NCBI GenBank assembly: GCA_038205935.1
Contig: JBBRBK010000003.1
Location: forward strand, 1-64,000
Reading direction: 5' to 3'
Length of the DNA stretch: 64,000 nt
Source of the DNA: Campylobacterales bacterium
GTDB taxonomy: Bacteria; Campylobacterota; Campylobacteria; Campylobacterales; Sulfurimonadaceae
Numbering within the stretch: position 1 is the first letter of the stretch; every line of letters starts with the position of its first letter. Both the position numbers and the translations under genes were made by a program. This document shows, one piece after another, positions 19,420-29,363 of the stretch. The notes below the pieces were generated by a model that saw only the letters and a list, made by a program, of their open reading frames with translations, did no database searches and was not told the origin of the DNA.

Positions 19420-20444
19420 ACGATACTCCTTTTAATATATTCACGCATCGAAGTCAAAACTTCGTAGCCTATAGTATCACAACTTCGCGCATATATATTT
19501 GCATCATCAAAAATACAAATCTCTTCCTCAGCACAGTCAAAATTTACATTGTCCATCGAGATGCGTCCGAGAATTTTGTGTCCTTTTGGTGTTGTAAAAT
19601 TATTTGAGCCGTTTCGAAGCAGTCCATCGGCGTAGCCGACATCATAATTTCCCACTTGCATATCGGTTTTTGCTTCATAGATTCCGCCATATCCAATACG
19701 TTCTCCAGCTTTTAAAATGCGTGATGAAATTTTAGATGCGTGGAGAGAGAGAACAGGTTTTAGAGAATCTACATTCTTGTCTTTATAAAGCGTTTCATTT
19801 ACATCTAAACACCCATAAATAGCAATTCCTACTCTTACCATATCATGCAAACATTCACCCGCGCGAAAAAGTGCGGCTGAATTTTGAGAATGAAAACGTA
19901 GTTTTTGTATCCCTTCTTTTTTAGCAATCTCTTGAGCTTTTTCTTTGAACTTTTTGAAATTTTGTTCCTGCACAAACCACTCTGTGGAAAGCTCATCCGC
20001 ACTTCTGTGATGGGTAAAAACACCCTCTACATGTAAGCCCTGCTCACGACAAAGTTCAAAGGTTTTTTCCAACTCATCAATACTCACGCCGTTTCTATGC
20101 ATTCCGCTGTCTGTCTTTATCTCCACTCTTGTATTTTTTGGAAACAATTTGATTGCATTGATGTCGTTTATAGTATAAACAGCATTGGGAATTGGAGTAT
20201 CGGGAATCTCGGCAAGGACTAAGATGTACTCGAAAAAGTCCTTTACATGTAAGGCTTCTTTGTGAGTTCTCACCACTGCTTTTTTGATGCCGTATTCTTG
20301 AGCCATTGAGGCCATCTCTAGAAGTCCGTGACCGTAGGCATTATCTTTTAAGACCACTGCTATTTTATCTTTAGCTGATGTGACTTGTGCAATAATGTCG
20401 AGATTTTTAAAAAATGATTTTTTATTGAGGTTAATATGAGCCAT
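19416..20444 (-). CDS. alr: Alanine racemase
   Basis: VLKDNAYGHG, DSGMHRNG, IGYGG, GYADG, GRISMD; start placed at ATG 20444 (MAHINLN). Confidence 0.93.
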   Translation of the reverse strand: MAHINLNKKSFFKNLDIIAQVTSAKDKIAVVLKDNAYGHGLLEMASMAQEYGIKKAVVRTHKEALHVKDFFEYILVLAEIPDTPIPNAVYTINDINAIKLFPKNTRVEIKTDSGMHRNGVSIDELEKTFELCREQGLHVEGVFTHHRSADELSTEWFVQEQNFKKFKEKAQEIAKKEGIQKLRFHSQNSAALFRAGECLHDMVRVGIAIYGCLDVNETLYKDKNVDSLKPVLSLHASKISSRILKAGERIGYGGIYEAKTDMQVGNYDVGYADGLLRNGSNNFTTPKGHKILGRISMDNVNFDCAEEEICIFDDANIYARSCDTIGYEVLTSMREYIKRSIV

Positions 20445-21449
20445 AGCGAAATTATATCCGATTGCAAGCAAATAAAATGCTTTCCAGCAGAGTTTGAAAA
20501 ACAAAGTTTTGTCCAAATTATCTTCCCTCACGAAAAAAGTGACTGGATAGATTACCTTGAAGAAGCAAGAGAAAATTTCGTCAATATTGCTAATGCGATT
20601 GCAAAATATGAAAAGTGTCTTGTCGTCTGTGATGACGTGGCTTTGGTAAAGAGCTATTTTAACGACTTCACTAATCTTGAATTTGTACAATTTCAAACAA
20701 ATGACACTTGGGCAAGAGACTGTAGTGCCATCTCTATCTTGGAAAACGGCGAAAAGAAATTGCTTGATTTTACTTTTACGGGTTGGGGTTCAAAGTTTGA
20801 TGCGCATCTTGATAATGAGATGAGCCGCGCTTTGGCGAAGCACTATAAAACGCCGATGAAAACCATCGACTTTATCTTAGAAGGTGGAGCGATTGAGAGC
20901 AATAACAAAGGGCTTTTACTCACCACTTCTGAATGTGTACTCAACAAAAACCGTAACAATACCTACACAAAAGAACAAACAACTGAGCTTTTAAAAAATG
21001 AGCTTGGCGTAAGTGAAGTGCTGTATCTCGATTTCGGTTATCTTGCTGGTGATGACACTGATTCACACATCGATACACTTGCCCGTTTTGTGGATGAGAG
21101 AACGATAATGTACCTTACATGTAAGGATGAAAATGATAAGCATTATGAGCAAATATCTAAGATGGAAGCACAGTTAAAAGAGTTTGCCGCACAATATGAC
21201 TTAGACCTCATCGCACTTCCATTTACGGACGCAGTTTATTATGATGATGAGCGTATTCCTGCAACTTATGCAAACTTTCTTATCATCAACGGCGCGGTCA
21301 TCGTGCCGACTTACGGAGTTTCACAAGACGCCGAAGCTTTAGAGATTTTTAAAGATTTTTTCAAAGACAGAGATGTCGTCGCAGTTGATTGTTCTGTGCT
21401 TATCCGCCAACACGGCTCACTTCACTGCGTGACGATGCAGTTTATCTGA
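20436..21449 (+). CDS. Agmatine deiminase family protein
   Basis: FPAEFE, DTWARD, LEGGAIE, DDTDSHID, ATYANFL, HGSLHCVTMQ; start codon uncertain. Confidence 0.92.
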   Translation: MSHSEIISDCKQIKCFPAEFEKQSFVQIIFPHEKSDWIDYLEEARENFVNIANAIAKYEKCLVVCDDVALVKSYFNDFTNLEFVQFQTNDTWARDCSAISILENGEKKLLDFTFTGWGSKFDAHLDNEMSRALAKHYKTPMKTIDFILEGGAIESNNKGLLLTTSECVLNKNRNNTYTKEQTTELLKNELGVSEVLYLDFGYLAGDDTDSHIDTLARFVDERTIMYLTCKDENDKHYEQISKMEAQLKEFAAQYDLDLIALPFTDAVYYDDERIPATYANFLIINGAVIVPTYGVSQDAEALEIFKDFFKDRDVVAVDCSVLIRQHGSLHCVTMQFI

Positions 21450-21467
21450 CACATCCAAAGATGTGTC
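21448..21467. terminator. Hairpin between convergent genes
   Basis: GACACATC-CAAA-GATGTGTC. Confidence 0.6.
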
Positions 21468-21481
21468 GTTTTAAAAAGGAT

Positions 21482-23605
21482 TTAGAACTTCACGTTCACA
21501 GCCATATCGACTGATCTTCCCATTCCTTGGATTGGTGTAAGACTTGTTTTAGTGTAATTGACAACATCAACTCCACCTAAAGGCATGGCATATGCAAGGT
21601 TAAAGAGGTTCATCACAGCCAAATCAAAACGGATACTTTTGTTTATTTGGTATCCAGCACGTAGATCTACTAAAGTATAAGCTGGAGTCGTTGGTTCTTT
21701 ACGTAGCGAATCTACGGAATCTTTCGACGCAACAGCTTGCACATCTAGACCTATATTTGCCGCACCTTTGACCTCATCTAAACTCACTTTTGCATGAAAA
21801 GGCATCACATGATAAAGTGATCCGCCATCTTTACGCATTCCGCGAGTGTATCCCATCACTGTTTTTACAGTACCTTTACCATACTGAGTGTTATTCCATG
21901 TCACTGCGTCACCGGAAAGATCTGCACCATACATGAGTGCGTCATGATTTACAAATCTTAAAAGCTGAATACCTGTATACCCACCTGCTGTTGCTGTGCC
22001 AAGACTTTCAATATCTATATAATTCTGAATCATTGTATAGTAAGGTGTCAACTTCACATGCCATGATTTGTCTGCTATGTCATGAAGTGACCAAGTCGCA
22101 CCAAATGTGTTTGCAACTTCAGGTTTAAGATCAAGATTTCCTACATACCCTGCACCATCACCAAATGTATTGATCATTGCCATATCCATGGCTATTGGAC
22201 CATTGATCGTTGCTCCATATCCGCCTGCCCAAGTATAAAGTTCATAGAGATCTGGAGAACGAGTTTTTCTAGCAAATCCTGCTTCGATCTCACCCATATC
22301 ACTATACTCATATTTACCCATCAAAGTAAGATCATAATTTTTAAACTCTTTTTTATGATCTTTTGCATTAAATGCCGCCGCATCTACTGGATCATTAGCA
22401 GTGCCATTAGTATTACTGTTATAACCTACAACATCACCAGTATTCATTTTTACAATATCAGTTCTTACACCAATATTTGTAGAAAATCTTTTTGTCCACT
22501 GCGCATCATCTTCAAGATAAAATCCAATTCTGTCTCGATGCCCATCATTAATATTTATAAAAGTATTTGGACCCATACCGCCAGATGTTCCAGTCGGTGA
22601 TGGCCACCAATCATCAAGAGTAAAGAAATCGCCATCACTTCCAAATTTGAGCGTATGCACATCACTCACAGGAAGAGACATTCTAAGGTTATACCCTGTT
22701 TCTTTAGACTCCGTATTCATCGGCATATTGCCTGTTCTTTCTGTCAAGATTTTATTCATATAATGTGATGTATTTTGATTATAAAGATCTGCATCAATTG
22801 AGAGCGCTCCGATGCGCCCTTTATAACTCACTTCTCTATTTGTAGCGCCATTAGAGAGCATATCCATATACTGGTTTGGAAATCCTTCATAAAAAACATC
22901 TGCTTTTGAAATCTTTGCTGAAATCACATTTTCAGAATCTATCTTGTATGCTAAAGAAAGAGATTGTTTTCGCTGATTAAACAGAGTGTCTTTGACAATA
23001 TTGCCATGTCCATCTCTATAATCTCCCGATTTTTCTGTAAAACCAGAATACCCAATGTTGATCTTATCAGTTGCCGCATTGACATTAATCCCAACACCTG
23101 TTGCTGAACCGTTACTATGCTCAAAACCTGTCATATCTCCATAAAAAATATAGCTCTCGCCATTTGTAGCAAATTTAGGCTCTTTTGATTTAACAATGAT
23201 CGTCCCAGCGATGCTGTCTCCGCCTTGACTTACTGGTGTCAACCCTGCGATCACTTCCATTGTTGCTAGTTCGGAACTATCCACATAAGATAAAGCAGGA
23301 TTCATGTGATTTGGACAAGCTGAAGTGATAGTCATCCCATCTACTTCCGTTTTGACTCTTGTATCAGCCAAGCCGTGGATCGAAGGAAGTGTTGCAATTC
23401 CCCCGTTATAGTTTGTACTCACACCTGGAAGATCTTTGAGTAAAGATGCCGAGTCCCCTGTTACGTTAGTCGCATTTGGTAAAGTGACCATATCTGAAGA
23501 CGCTGTGCTTAAGCTTGTTGCATCAACGCTAAGTGCAGGTATAACAACAACATCTGAAGCAAGCACAGAGATCGCTGCTAAAGATAAAAAAACAATCTTG
23601 TTCAT
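21482..23605 (-). CDS. TonB-dependent receptor, OprC-like (putative copper)
   Basis: Signal peptide, plug with ACPNHMNP, NLDLKPE, C-terminal Phe; Met-rich segment. Confidence 0.85.
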   Translation of the reverse strand: MNKIVFLSLAAISVLASDVVVIPALSVDATSLSTASSDMVTLPNATNVTGDSASLLKDLPGVSTNYNGGIATLPSIHGLADTRVKTEVDGMTITSACPNHMNPALSYVDSSELATMEVIAGLTPVSQGGDSIAGTIIVKSKEPKFATNGESYIFYGDMTGFEHSNGSATGVGINVNAATDKINIGYSGFTEKSGDYRDGHGNIVKDTLFNQRKQSLSLAYKIDSENVISAKISKADVFYEGFPNQYMDMLSNGATNREVSYKGRIGALSIDADLYNQNTSHYMNKILTERTGNMPMNTESKETGYNLRMSLPVSDVHTLKFGSDGDFFTLDDWWPSPTGTSGGMGPNTFININDGHRDRIGFYLEDDAQWTKRFSTNIGVRTDIVKMNTGDVVGYNSNTNGTANDPVDAAAFNAKDHKKEFKNYDLTLMGKYEYSDMGEIEAGFARKTRSPDLYELYTWAGGYGATINGPIAMDMAMINTFGDGAGYVGNLDLKPEVANTFGATWSLHDIADKSWHVKLTPYYTMIQNYIDIESLGTATAGGYTGIQLLRFVNHDALMYGADLSGDAVTWNNTQYGKGTVKTVMGYTRGMRKDGGSLYHVMPFHAKVSLDEVKGAANIGLDVQAVASKDSVDSLRKEPTTPAYTLVDLRAGYQINKSIRFDLAVMNLFNLAYAMPLGGVDVVNYTKTSLTPIQGMGRSVDMAVNVKF

Positions 23606-23686
23606 TTTATTCCCTTAAAAAAATATTGCGTATTGTAGAAAAGGAGTGTTACAAAAGTGTTAAATAGATAAAAAAATATGAAACTA

Positions 23687-23719
23687 ATCGCTTACATGTA
23701 GACTTTACATGTAAGCGAT
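23687..23719. repeat. Perfect 14-bp inverted repeat made of two TACATGTA units
   Basis: ATCGCTTACATGTA-GACTT-TACATGTAAGCGAT. Confidence 0.9.
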
Positions 23720-23777
23720 ATTCATCTACGTGTGATAAACTTACTTAACTTATTTGCAACATAAAAAAGGCGAAATT

Positions 23778-24932
23778 TTGTCAGAAGCTCCAGAACCACT
23801 CAACAATCAAAAAAAACGAAACAATATCCTTTTACTTTTAGCCCTTTTCTTTATTCTTTGTGGCGGCGGATATGCCTATTATTATTACACTTATGGGCAG
23901 TTTTATGAATCAACCGATAACGCTTATGTGGGGCAAAATATCGTTTATGTCACACCTCAGACCACTGGCAATGTCAATGCGATTTATGTAAGTGAGATGC
24001 AAAATGTCCAAGCCGGCGATAAACTCGCACAGCTAGATTCCAGAGATGCACAGCTTGCATTTTCAAGTGCAAAAATGGCTCTTGCCCAGAGCGTACGCCA
24101 GATCAAACAGACACAAATGCTCAAAGATGAAGCGAAAAATGCCATCTCTGTTGCACAAGTAAATCTCGATAAAACAAAAGCTGACTTAGAGCGAAACAAA
24201 TTTTTACTCTCAAAAGGTGCGATTACTGGAGAAAGATTTCAAAATCTTGAATTTGCCAAAGACTCAGCAGATGCAACTCTTCAAATGGCAAACAAAAAAC
24301 TGCTTTCTCTTGATGCCCTTCTCAAAGACAAAGATATCTCTAAAAATCCAGAAGTACAAAATGCCATCCTTCGTGTACAAAAAACTTATCTTGATCTCAA
24401 AAGATGCGATATTTTAGCACCCATGAGCGGTATGATCGCAAAGAAAAATTTGAGTCTTGGAGAAAGTGTTACACCAAATGCGACGATTCTTTCCATCGTT
24501 CCCCAACAAGATTTCTGGGTCGATGCTAACTTTAAAGAAACACAGTTGCAACACATCAGAATCGGTCAAAGTGTAGAGCTTATTTCTGATCTTTACGGTA
24601 GCGATATGACTTTTCACGGTAAGATCGAAGGGATCGCAGCGGGAACTGGCGCTGTATTTTCTCTTTTGCCTGCACAAAATGCCAGCGGAAACTGGATCAA
24701 AATAGTTCAGCGCGTACCTGTAAGAATCACACTTGATCCAAAAGAGATACAAACGCATCCTTTACAAGTCGGCAGTTCCATGAATATCACGGTGAATCTG
24801 CATAAACAAGATGGAGGTTTTTTAAAACGTGTCGCTTCTAAAGATGAAAATAATTTAAACTACAAACTTTATGACAATTCAGATAACGAAGCAAAAGCAC
24901 TTATCAAAGAGATTATCGAGCAAAATTTGTGA
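23778..24932 (+). CDS. EmrA/EmrK-type efflux membrane fusion protein
   Basis: STDNAYV, ANFKETQL, FSLLPAQNASGNWIKIVQRVPV; TTG start after AAGG. Confidence 0.9.
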   Translation: MSEAPEPLNNQKKRNNILLLLALFFILCGGGYAYYYYTYGQFYESTDNAYVGQNIVYVTPQTTGNVNAIYVSEMQNVQAGDKLAQLDSRDAQLAFSSAKMALAQSVRQIKQTQMLKDEAKNAISVAQVNLDKTKADLERNKFLLSKGAITGERFQNLEFAKDSADATLQMANKKLLSLDALLKDKDISKNPEVQNAILRVQKTYLDLKRCDILAPMSGMIAKKNLSLGESVTPNATILSIVPQQDFWVDANFKETQLQHIRIGQSVELISDLYGSDMTFHGKIEGIAAGTGAVFSLLPAQNASGNWIKIVQRVPVRITLDPKEIQTHPLQVGSSMNITVNLHKQDGGFLKRVASKDENNLNYKLYDNSDNEAKALIKEIIEQNL

Positions 24933-26446
24933 ATGTTTTCTCACCGCTTCGCACGCCACAGTTAGTTATCATCACTATCTTTTTGGCACTTGCAACCTTT
25001 ATGCAGGTGCTTGATACGACGATCGCGAATGTCTCCATTCCCGCAATTGCGGGAGAACTTGGTGTAACTTCTACTCAGGGCACTTGGATTATCACCGCTT
25101 TTACCGCCTCTAACGCCATCGCGATGCCACTTACCGGCTGGCTTGCAAAACGTTTTGGCGAAGTGAAACTTTTTGCTCTCTCAACACTTCTTTTTGCCCT
25201 CACTTCTATGCTCTGTGGTTTTGCTCCAAGCTATCCTTTACTTATTGCCGCGCGTGTTTTACAAGGCGCTGTTGCCGCACCGATGATGCCTCTTTCTCAA
25301 AGTCTTTTGCTTGCAAATTATCCTGATCATAAAAAAGGACTTGCTCTTGCTTTTTGGGCAATGACAGCAACCATCGGACCAATTGCGGGTCCTCTTCTTG
25401 GAGGTTACATTACGGATAATTTCTCATGGTCTTGGATCTTTTATATCAATGTGCCTATTGGGATTTTAAGCTCATTTATCGTTTGGCAAATGCTCAAAAA
25501 TCGTGAAACAAAAACATTTAATTTTCCTATCGATTTTATCGGTTTGCTTCTTTTAATAGTCGGCGTTGGTTCGCTTCAAATTATGCTCGACAAAGGCAAT
25601 GAACTGGACTGGTTTGCATCTCCTGAGATTATCATTCTGACCCTTATTACCATCGTGTGTGTCTCTTTCTTTATCGTCTGGGAACTGTTTGATAAAAATC
25701 CCGTTATCGATTTGAGTCTTTTTAAAAACCGCAATTTCACTATCGGAACTATCACTTTGAGTCTTGGATACACCATCTTCTTAGGCGGAGGTGTTGTGTT
25801 TCCACTCTGGCTACAAACACAGCTTGGTTATACTGCTTTTTGGGCTGGTTTTGCTTCTGCGTCTGTGGGAATCTTTGCATTTTTGCTTTCACCTATCGTG
25901 GGCAATAATCTTCATCGTCTCAATCTTCGAGTTTTAGTCACTATCAGTTTTATCCTCTTTGCTATCAGCTATTTTTGGATGGCAAATTTTACGACCGATA
26001 TCGATATCATCCATGCTTCACTGCCTAGACTTATTATGGGAGTGGGAATGGCGATGTTCTTTGTACCTCTGACAAGCATTATCATCTCTCAGATCGAACC
26101 TTTTAAGATCGCTTCTGCAATGGGAGTTGTCAATTTTCTAAGAATACTCGGCGGGGGTCTTGGAACTTCCATCGCCGTGTCCATGTGGAGTACGCGTGGA
26201 GATTATTATCACGCCATTTATAGCGAACAGATAACAAAATTTTCTCATGCCACAGAGCAGTTTATGAACGCCATTTCAAGTGCCTCTCTTCCTCCTCTTC
26301 CAGTCATCAACATGATCATCGATCAACAAGCCTCAACTCGAGCAAATGATGATATTCTACTCCTCTCTGGAGCTATTTTCTTAAGCCTTATTGTGTTAAT
26401 ATGGTTTGCAAAACCTCCTTTTATGACCACAAGAGCAAAAAAATAA
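24929..26446 (+). CDS. DHA2-family MFS efflux permease (EmrB-like)
   Basis: FMQVLDTTIANV, GPLLGG, WIFYINVP, LDKGNELDWF. Confidence 0.92.
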   Translation: MNVFSPLRTPQLVIITIFLALATFMQVLDTTIANVSIPAIAGELGVTSTQGTWIITAFTASNAIAMPLTGWLAKRFGEVKLFALSTLLFALTSMLCGFAPSYPLLIAARVLQGAVAAPMMPLSQSLLLANYPDHKKGLALAFWAMTATIGPIAGPLLGGYITDNFSWSWIFYINVPIGILSSFIVWQMLKNRETKTFNFPIDFIGLLLLIVGVGSLQIMLDKGNELDWFASPEIIILTLITIVCVSFFIVWELFDKNPVIDLSLFKNRNFTIGTITLSLGYTIFLGGGVVFPLWLQTQLGYTAFWAGFASASVGIFAFLLSPIVGNNLHRLNLRVLVTISFILFAISYFWMANFTTDIDIIHASLPRLIMGVGMAMFFVPLTSIIISQIEPFKIASAMGVVNFLRILGGGLGTSIAVSMWSTRGDYYHAIYSEQITKFSHATEQFMNAISSASLPPLPVINMIIDQQASTRANDDILLLSGAIFLSLIVLIWFAKPPFMTTRAKK

Positions 26447-26513
26447 TGCTTACATGTAAGGTTTTTTAAGCCTCTCTCTTGTAAAATTAACCACTCTAAC
26501 TAAAGGATCTATA

Positions 26514-26723
26514 TTGAACGTACTTCTCAAAGAGTTCCAAAGCAGAAAAAGTGAAATCGAAAGAGCTGTAGAACTGCTTTTTAAAGCAAATATGAAGATT
26601 ACAGACTGGGATATTCCTGAAGCTGATGATGAGAAGGCTGCTACGATCTTACTTGCAATCATGCAAGAAAAACTTGACGCAATCCGCGAAGATGTAAAAT
26701 CTGGAAACTATAAAAACTACTAA
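26514..26723 (+). CDS. Small hypothetical protein
   Basis: AAGGA SD, TTG start, 69 aa. Confidence 0.7.
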   Translation: MNVLLKEFQSRKSEIERAVELLFKANMKITDWDIPEADDEKAATILLAIMQEKLDAIREDVKSGNYKNY

Positions 26724-26734
26724 AAGGAAAAACA

Positions 26735-26944
26735 ATGAGTTCACACAAACACCACGAACATATACAAAGAATTAAAAATGAGGTAGAAAAATCTCCCGAG
26801 TTAAGTGAAACAGAAAAATCACAGACAGTCAAACGTCTTGAAGAGTGGGTTACTGAGGATAAAGCTGAGGGGATTCTTTACGAAGAACTTCTAGAAATAA
26901 CACAAGGAATCAAACCTATTCTTGCAGAACTAGGTCTTATCTAG
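26735..26944 (+). CDS. Small hypothetical protein
   Basis: AAGGA SD; helical 69 aa ORF ending LAELGLI. Confidence 0.75.
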   Translation: MSSHKHHEHIQRIKNEVEKSPELSETEKSQTVKRLEEWVTEDKAEGILYEELLEITQGIKPILAELGLI

Positions 26945-27062
26945 AACTTTTACTCAAGCCAAACTTTGTAAGATTGGCTTGGTTTCAAATACACTTCAAA
27001 CAAAATAGACTTCTTACATGTAAGTCTCTCACTCTACGATAAGTCTATGTTTAAAATATTTA

Positions 27063-28448
27063 TTAATCAAGTCCCATTTTTGCAGGATTGAGAATGTTAT
27101 TAGGATCAAACGCTTTTTTGATTGATTTGAAAAGATTCATCTCTTCATCTGTAAATGCCATATGCATGTAAGGTGCCTTTGCAAGTCCTATACCGTGCTC
27201 ACCGCTCAAAGTTCCACCCAAGTCGATAGTCGCTTGAAAAACTTCTTCTATGGCTTGGTAGGCGATCTTTACTTGTTCTGGGTCTTTGCCATCAACCATA
27301 ACGTTCGTATGAACATTGCCATCACCCGTATGACCAAAACATGGAATTTTGACATTATATTTCTTAGCTATTTCATCAAATCTCTCTAAAAGTGCCGGGA
27401 GCGCAGAACGCGGAACTGTGACATCTTCGTTGAGTTTTTTACTTCCATAAACACTTAAACTCGGAGAAGCATTACGTCTTGCAAACCATAAATCCGCCGC
27501 TTCAGCTTTGGTTGTAGCTATTTTAAAATCGCTACATCCGTTCTCACGAAAAACTCTCTCAATGATTTCAAGTTGAAAATCCAAATCATCTTCCATATTT
27601 CCATCAACATCTGTGACTAAAATAGCGCCGGCATCTACTGGAAGTCCTTTATGGAAAGTCTGCTCAACCGCACGGATAGTCAAGTTATCTAAAAACTCCA
27701 TCGCAACAGGCGTCACACCGCTTGCCATAGTCTTATATACAGCTTCCATCGCCCGATGTACACTATCAAATATACCCATCGCTGTTTTTGTAAGCTTTGG
27801 TTTTGAAAGAAGTTTCAAAGTTACTTCCGTTGTTACGGCAAGTGTTCCCTCAGAAGCTATCAAAATACCCGTTATGTTATATCCGGCTACATCTTTAATA
27901 GTGCGTTTTCCAGCTTTAATGATATCACCATTTGGAAGCACCGCGCGCATCGCCATCACATAATCTTTCGTTATGCCGTATTTTGCCGCGCGCATTCCGC
28001 CTGCGTTTTCACTGACATTGCCACCGATAGTTGAATACTCTTGGCTTGCTGGATCTGGCGGATAAAAAAGACCAACAGCTTCTACTGCGCGTTGGAGTTC
28101 CATGTTGATCACTCCGGGCTGAACGATCGCAACCATATTTTGCATATCAATTTCTAAGATTTTATTCATATGCTTTTCAAAAGCCAGAACAATGCCGCCG
28201 CTACTTGGAAGAGCTCCACCAGTAAATCCACTGCCAGCACCACGAGGAACGATAACAACCCTATGTTCATTACAGTACTTTAAGATCTCACTTACATCCT
28301 CTTCATGACGAGGAAAGATAACTGCATCGGGCTCAAAATGCTCCCTAGTTGCATCATAAGAGTACGCTAAAAGATGTGCTTTATCACTGTAAATATTTTC
28401 ACTGCCTACTATTTTTGCAAAGTTCTCTAAGTGTTTTTTATCTATCAC
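27063..28448 (-). CDS. glcD: FAD-linked oxidase, glycolate oxidase subunit GlcD-like
   Basis: PRGAGSGFTGG, YPPDPAS, KDVAGY, GHTGDGNVH, SGEHGIG. Confidence 0.88.
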   Translation of the reverse strand: MIDKKHLENFAKIVGSENIYSDKAHLLAYSYDATREHFEPDAVIFPRHEEDVSEILKYCNEHRVVIVPRGAGSGFTGGALPSSGGIVLAFEKHMNKILEIDMQNMVAIVQPGVINMELQRAVEAVGLFYPPDPASQEYSTIGGNVSENAGGMRAAKYGITKDYVMAMRAVLPNGDIIKAGKRTIKDVAGYNITGILIASEGTLAVTTEVTLKLLSKPKLTKTAMGIFDSVHRAMEAVYKTMASGVTPVAMEFLDNLTIRAVEQTFHKGLPVDAGAILVTDVDGNMEDDLDFQLEIIERVFRENGCSDFKIATTKAEAADLWFARRNASPSLSVYGSKKLNEDVTVPRSALPALLERFDEIAKKYNVKIPCFGHTGDGNVHTNVMVDGKDPEQVKIAYQAIEEVFQATIDLGGTLSGEHGIGLAKAPYMHMAFTDEEMNLFKSIKKAFDPNNILNPAKMGLD

Positions 28449-29248
28449 TTTTCATCCTTTAGTTCAAATTCATTTAAAAGTGAGCTTAGGTTTTGCTCTT
28501 TACTTTTGATGAGATTATATAGTTCTTTATTTTTTGGATTGCTTTGAACCAAAAGTTCATAATAATATGGGTCATAAACTTTAAGTTTATCACTTCCCTT
28601 ACCAAACCAGTTTGCATTGATATTACTCACTCTAGAGTAAAAAGGAAGCTGTAGAGATTCTTGTTTGATAGGAGCATTTGCGATATTAAGGACGCTCATA
28701 CTTTTACAATCAACCGTAAAAAGATTTTCATGAATATACATGTATAAAAGTCCAACAGCAGAGATTTCACACATTTGTGTAAAATCTTTTTTTAAAGGAG
28801 TCGGATGTCCGTTGAGTGACAAAATAGAAGCAAAAAGATCTGGATGTACCCATTCCAAAGTTGGAAGTGCTTTGGTAATACGGTGATATATATCTTCATT
28901 AGGCGCGATAAGAAGAGCACGTGAATAACCAAAAGCTAAAATAGCTTCATCTCCTACTTGCACACTCCACTTGCCCGTTGGTAAAGAATCTTGCTTGAGC
29001 TCATTAAAATCACTTAAATGAAGAGTCGCCGTTTTAGTCTCTTTGTCAAATTTAGTAACAAGTGCACTTTTTAGAATGTAACTGTGCTCACTATCAATAT
29101 GTTTTACAATAAAACCACTTATGCCGACATCAATATTGTCTACGTTGATAGTTGCACTCTCTTTGTCTACACTGACGATACTTTTAGAGATTTCTCCTGC
29201 AAAACTTGCCACATACAGGGATAAAATAAATACAAAAATTCTTGTCAT
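28445..29248 (-). CDS. Plasminogen-binding N-terminal domain protein (PgbA-like)
   Basis: Signal peptide; ALLIAPN, WVHPDLFA; usual neighbour of glcD in Campylobacterota. Confidence 0.75.
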   Translation of the reverse strand: MTRIFVFILSLYVASFAGEISKSIVSVDKESATINVDNIDVGISGFIVKHIDSEHSYILKSALVTKFDKETKTATLHLSDFNELKQDSLPTGKWSVQVGDEAILAFGYSRALLIAPNEDIYHRITKALPTLEWVHPDLFASILSLNGHPTPLKKDFTQMCEISAVGLLYMYIHENLFTVDCKSMSVLNIANAPIKQESLQLPFYSRVSNINANWFGKGSDKLKVYDPYYYELLVQSNPKNKELYNLIKSKEQNLSSLLNEFELKDEK

Positions 29249-29363
29249 TAGTACTCTCTTTTTTTACTGAATTGTAGCAAAGTAACCTTAGAACTTTTCT
29301 AAGAAGCCTTTTATTAGTCTAGTTTTGCTATTCTTACAAGACATTTTATTTTTAGGCTAATTA

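Noticed and set aside
20445..20696. Long N-terminal extensions in the ORF track (alr; likewise mnmH 36047-36163 and the response regulator 44677-44769)
   Set aside because: They overlap neighbouring genes; the downstream ATGs have SD, ATGA coupling or a -10 box and match family N-termini.
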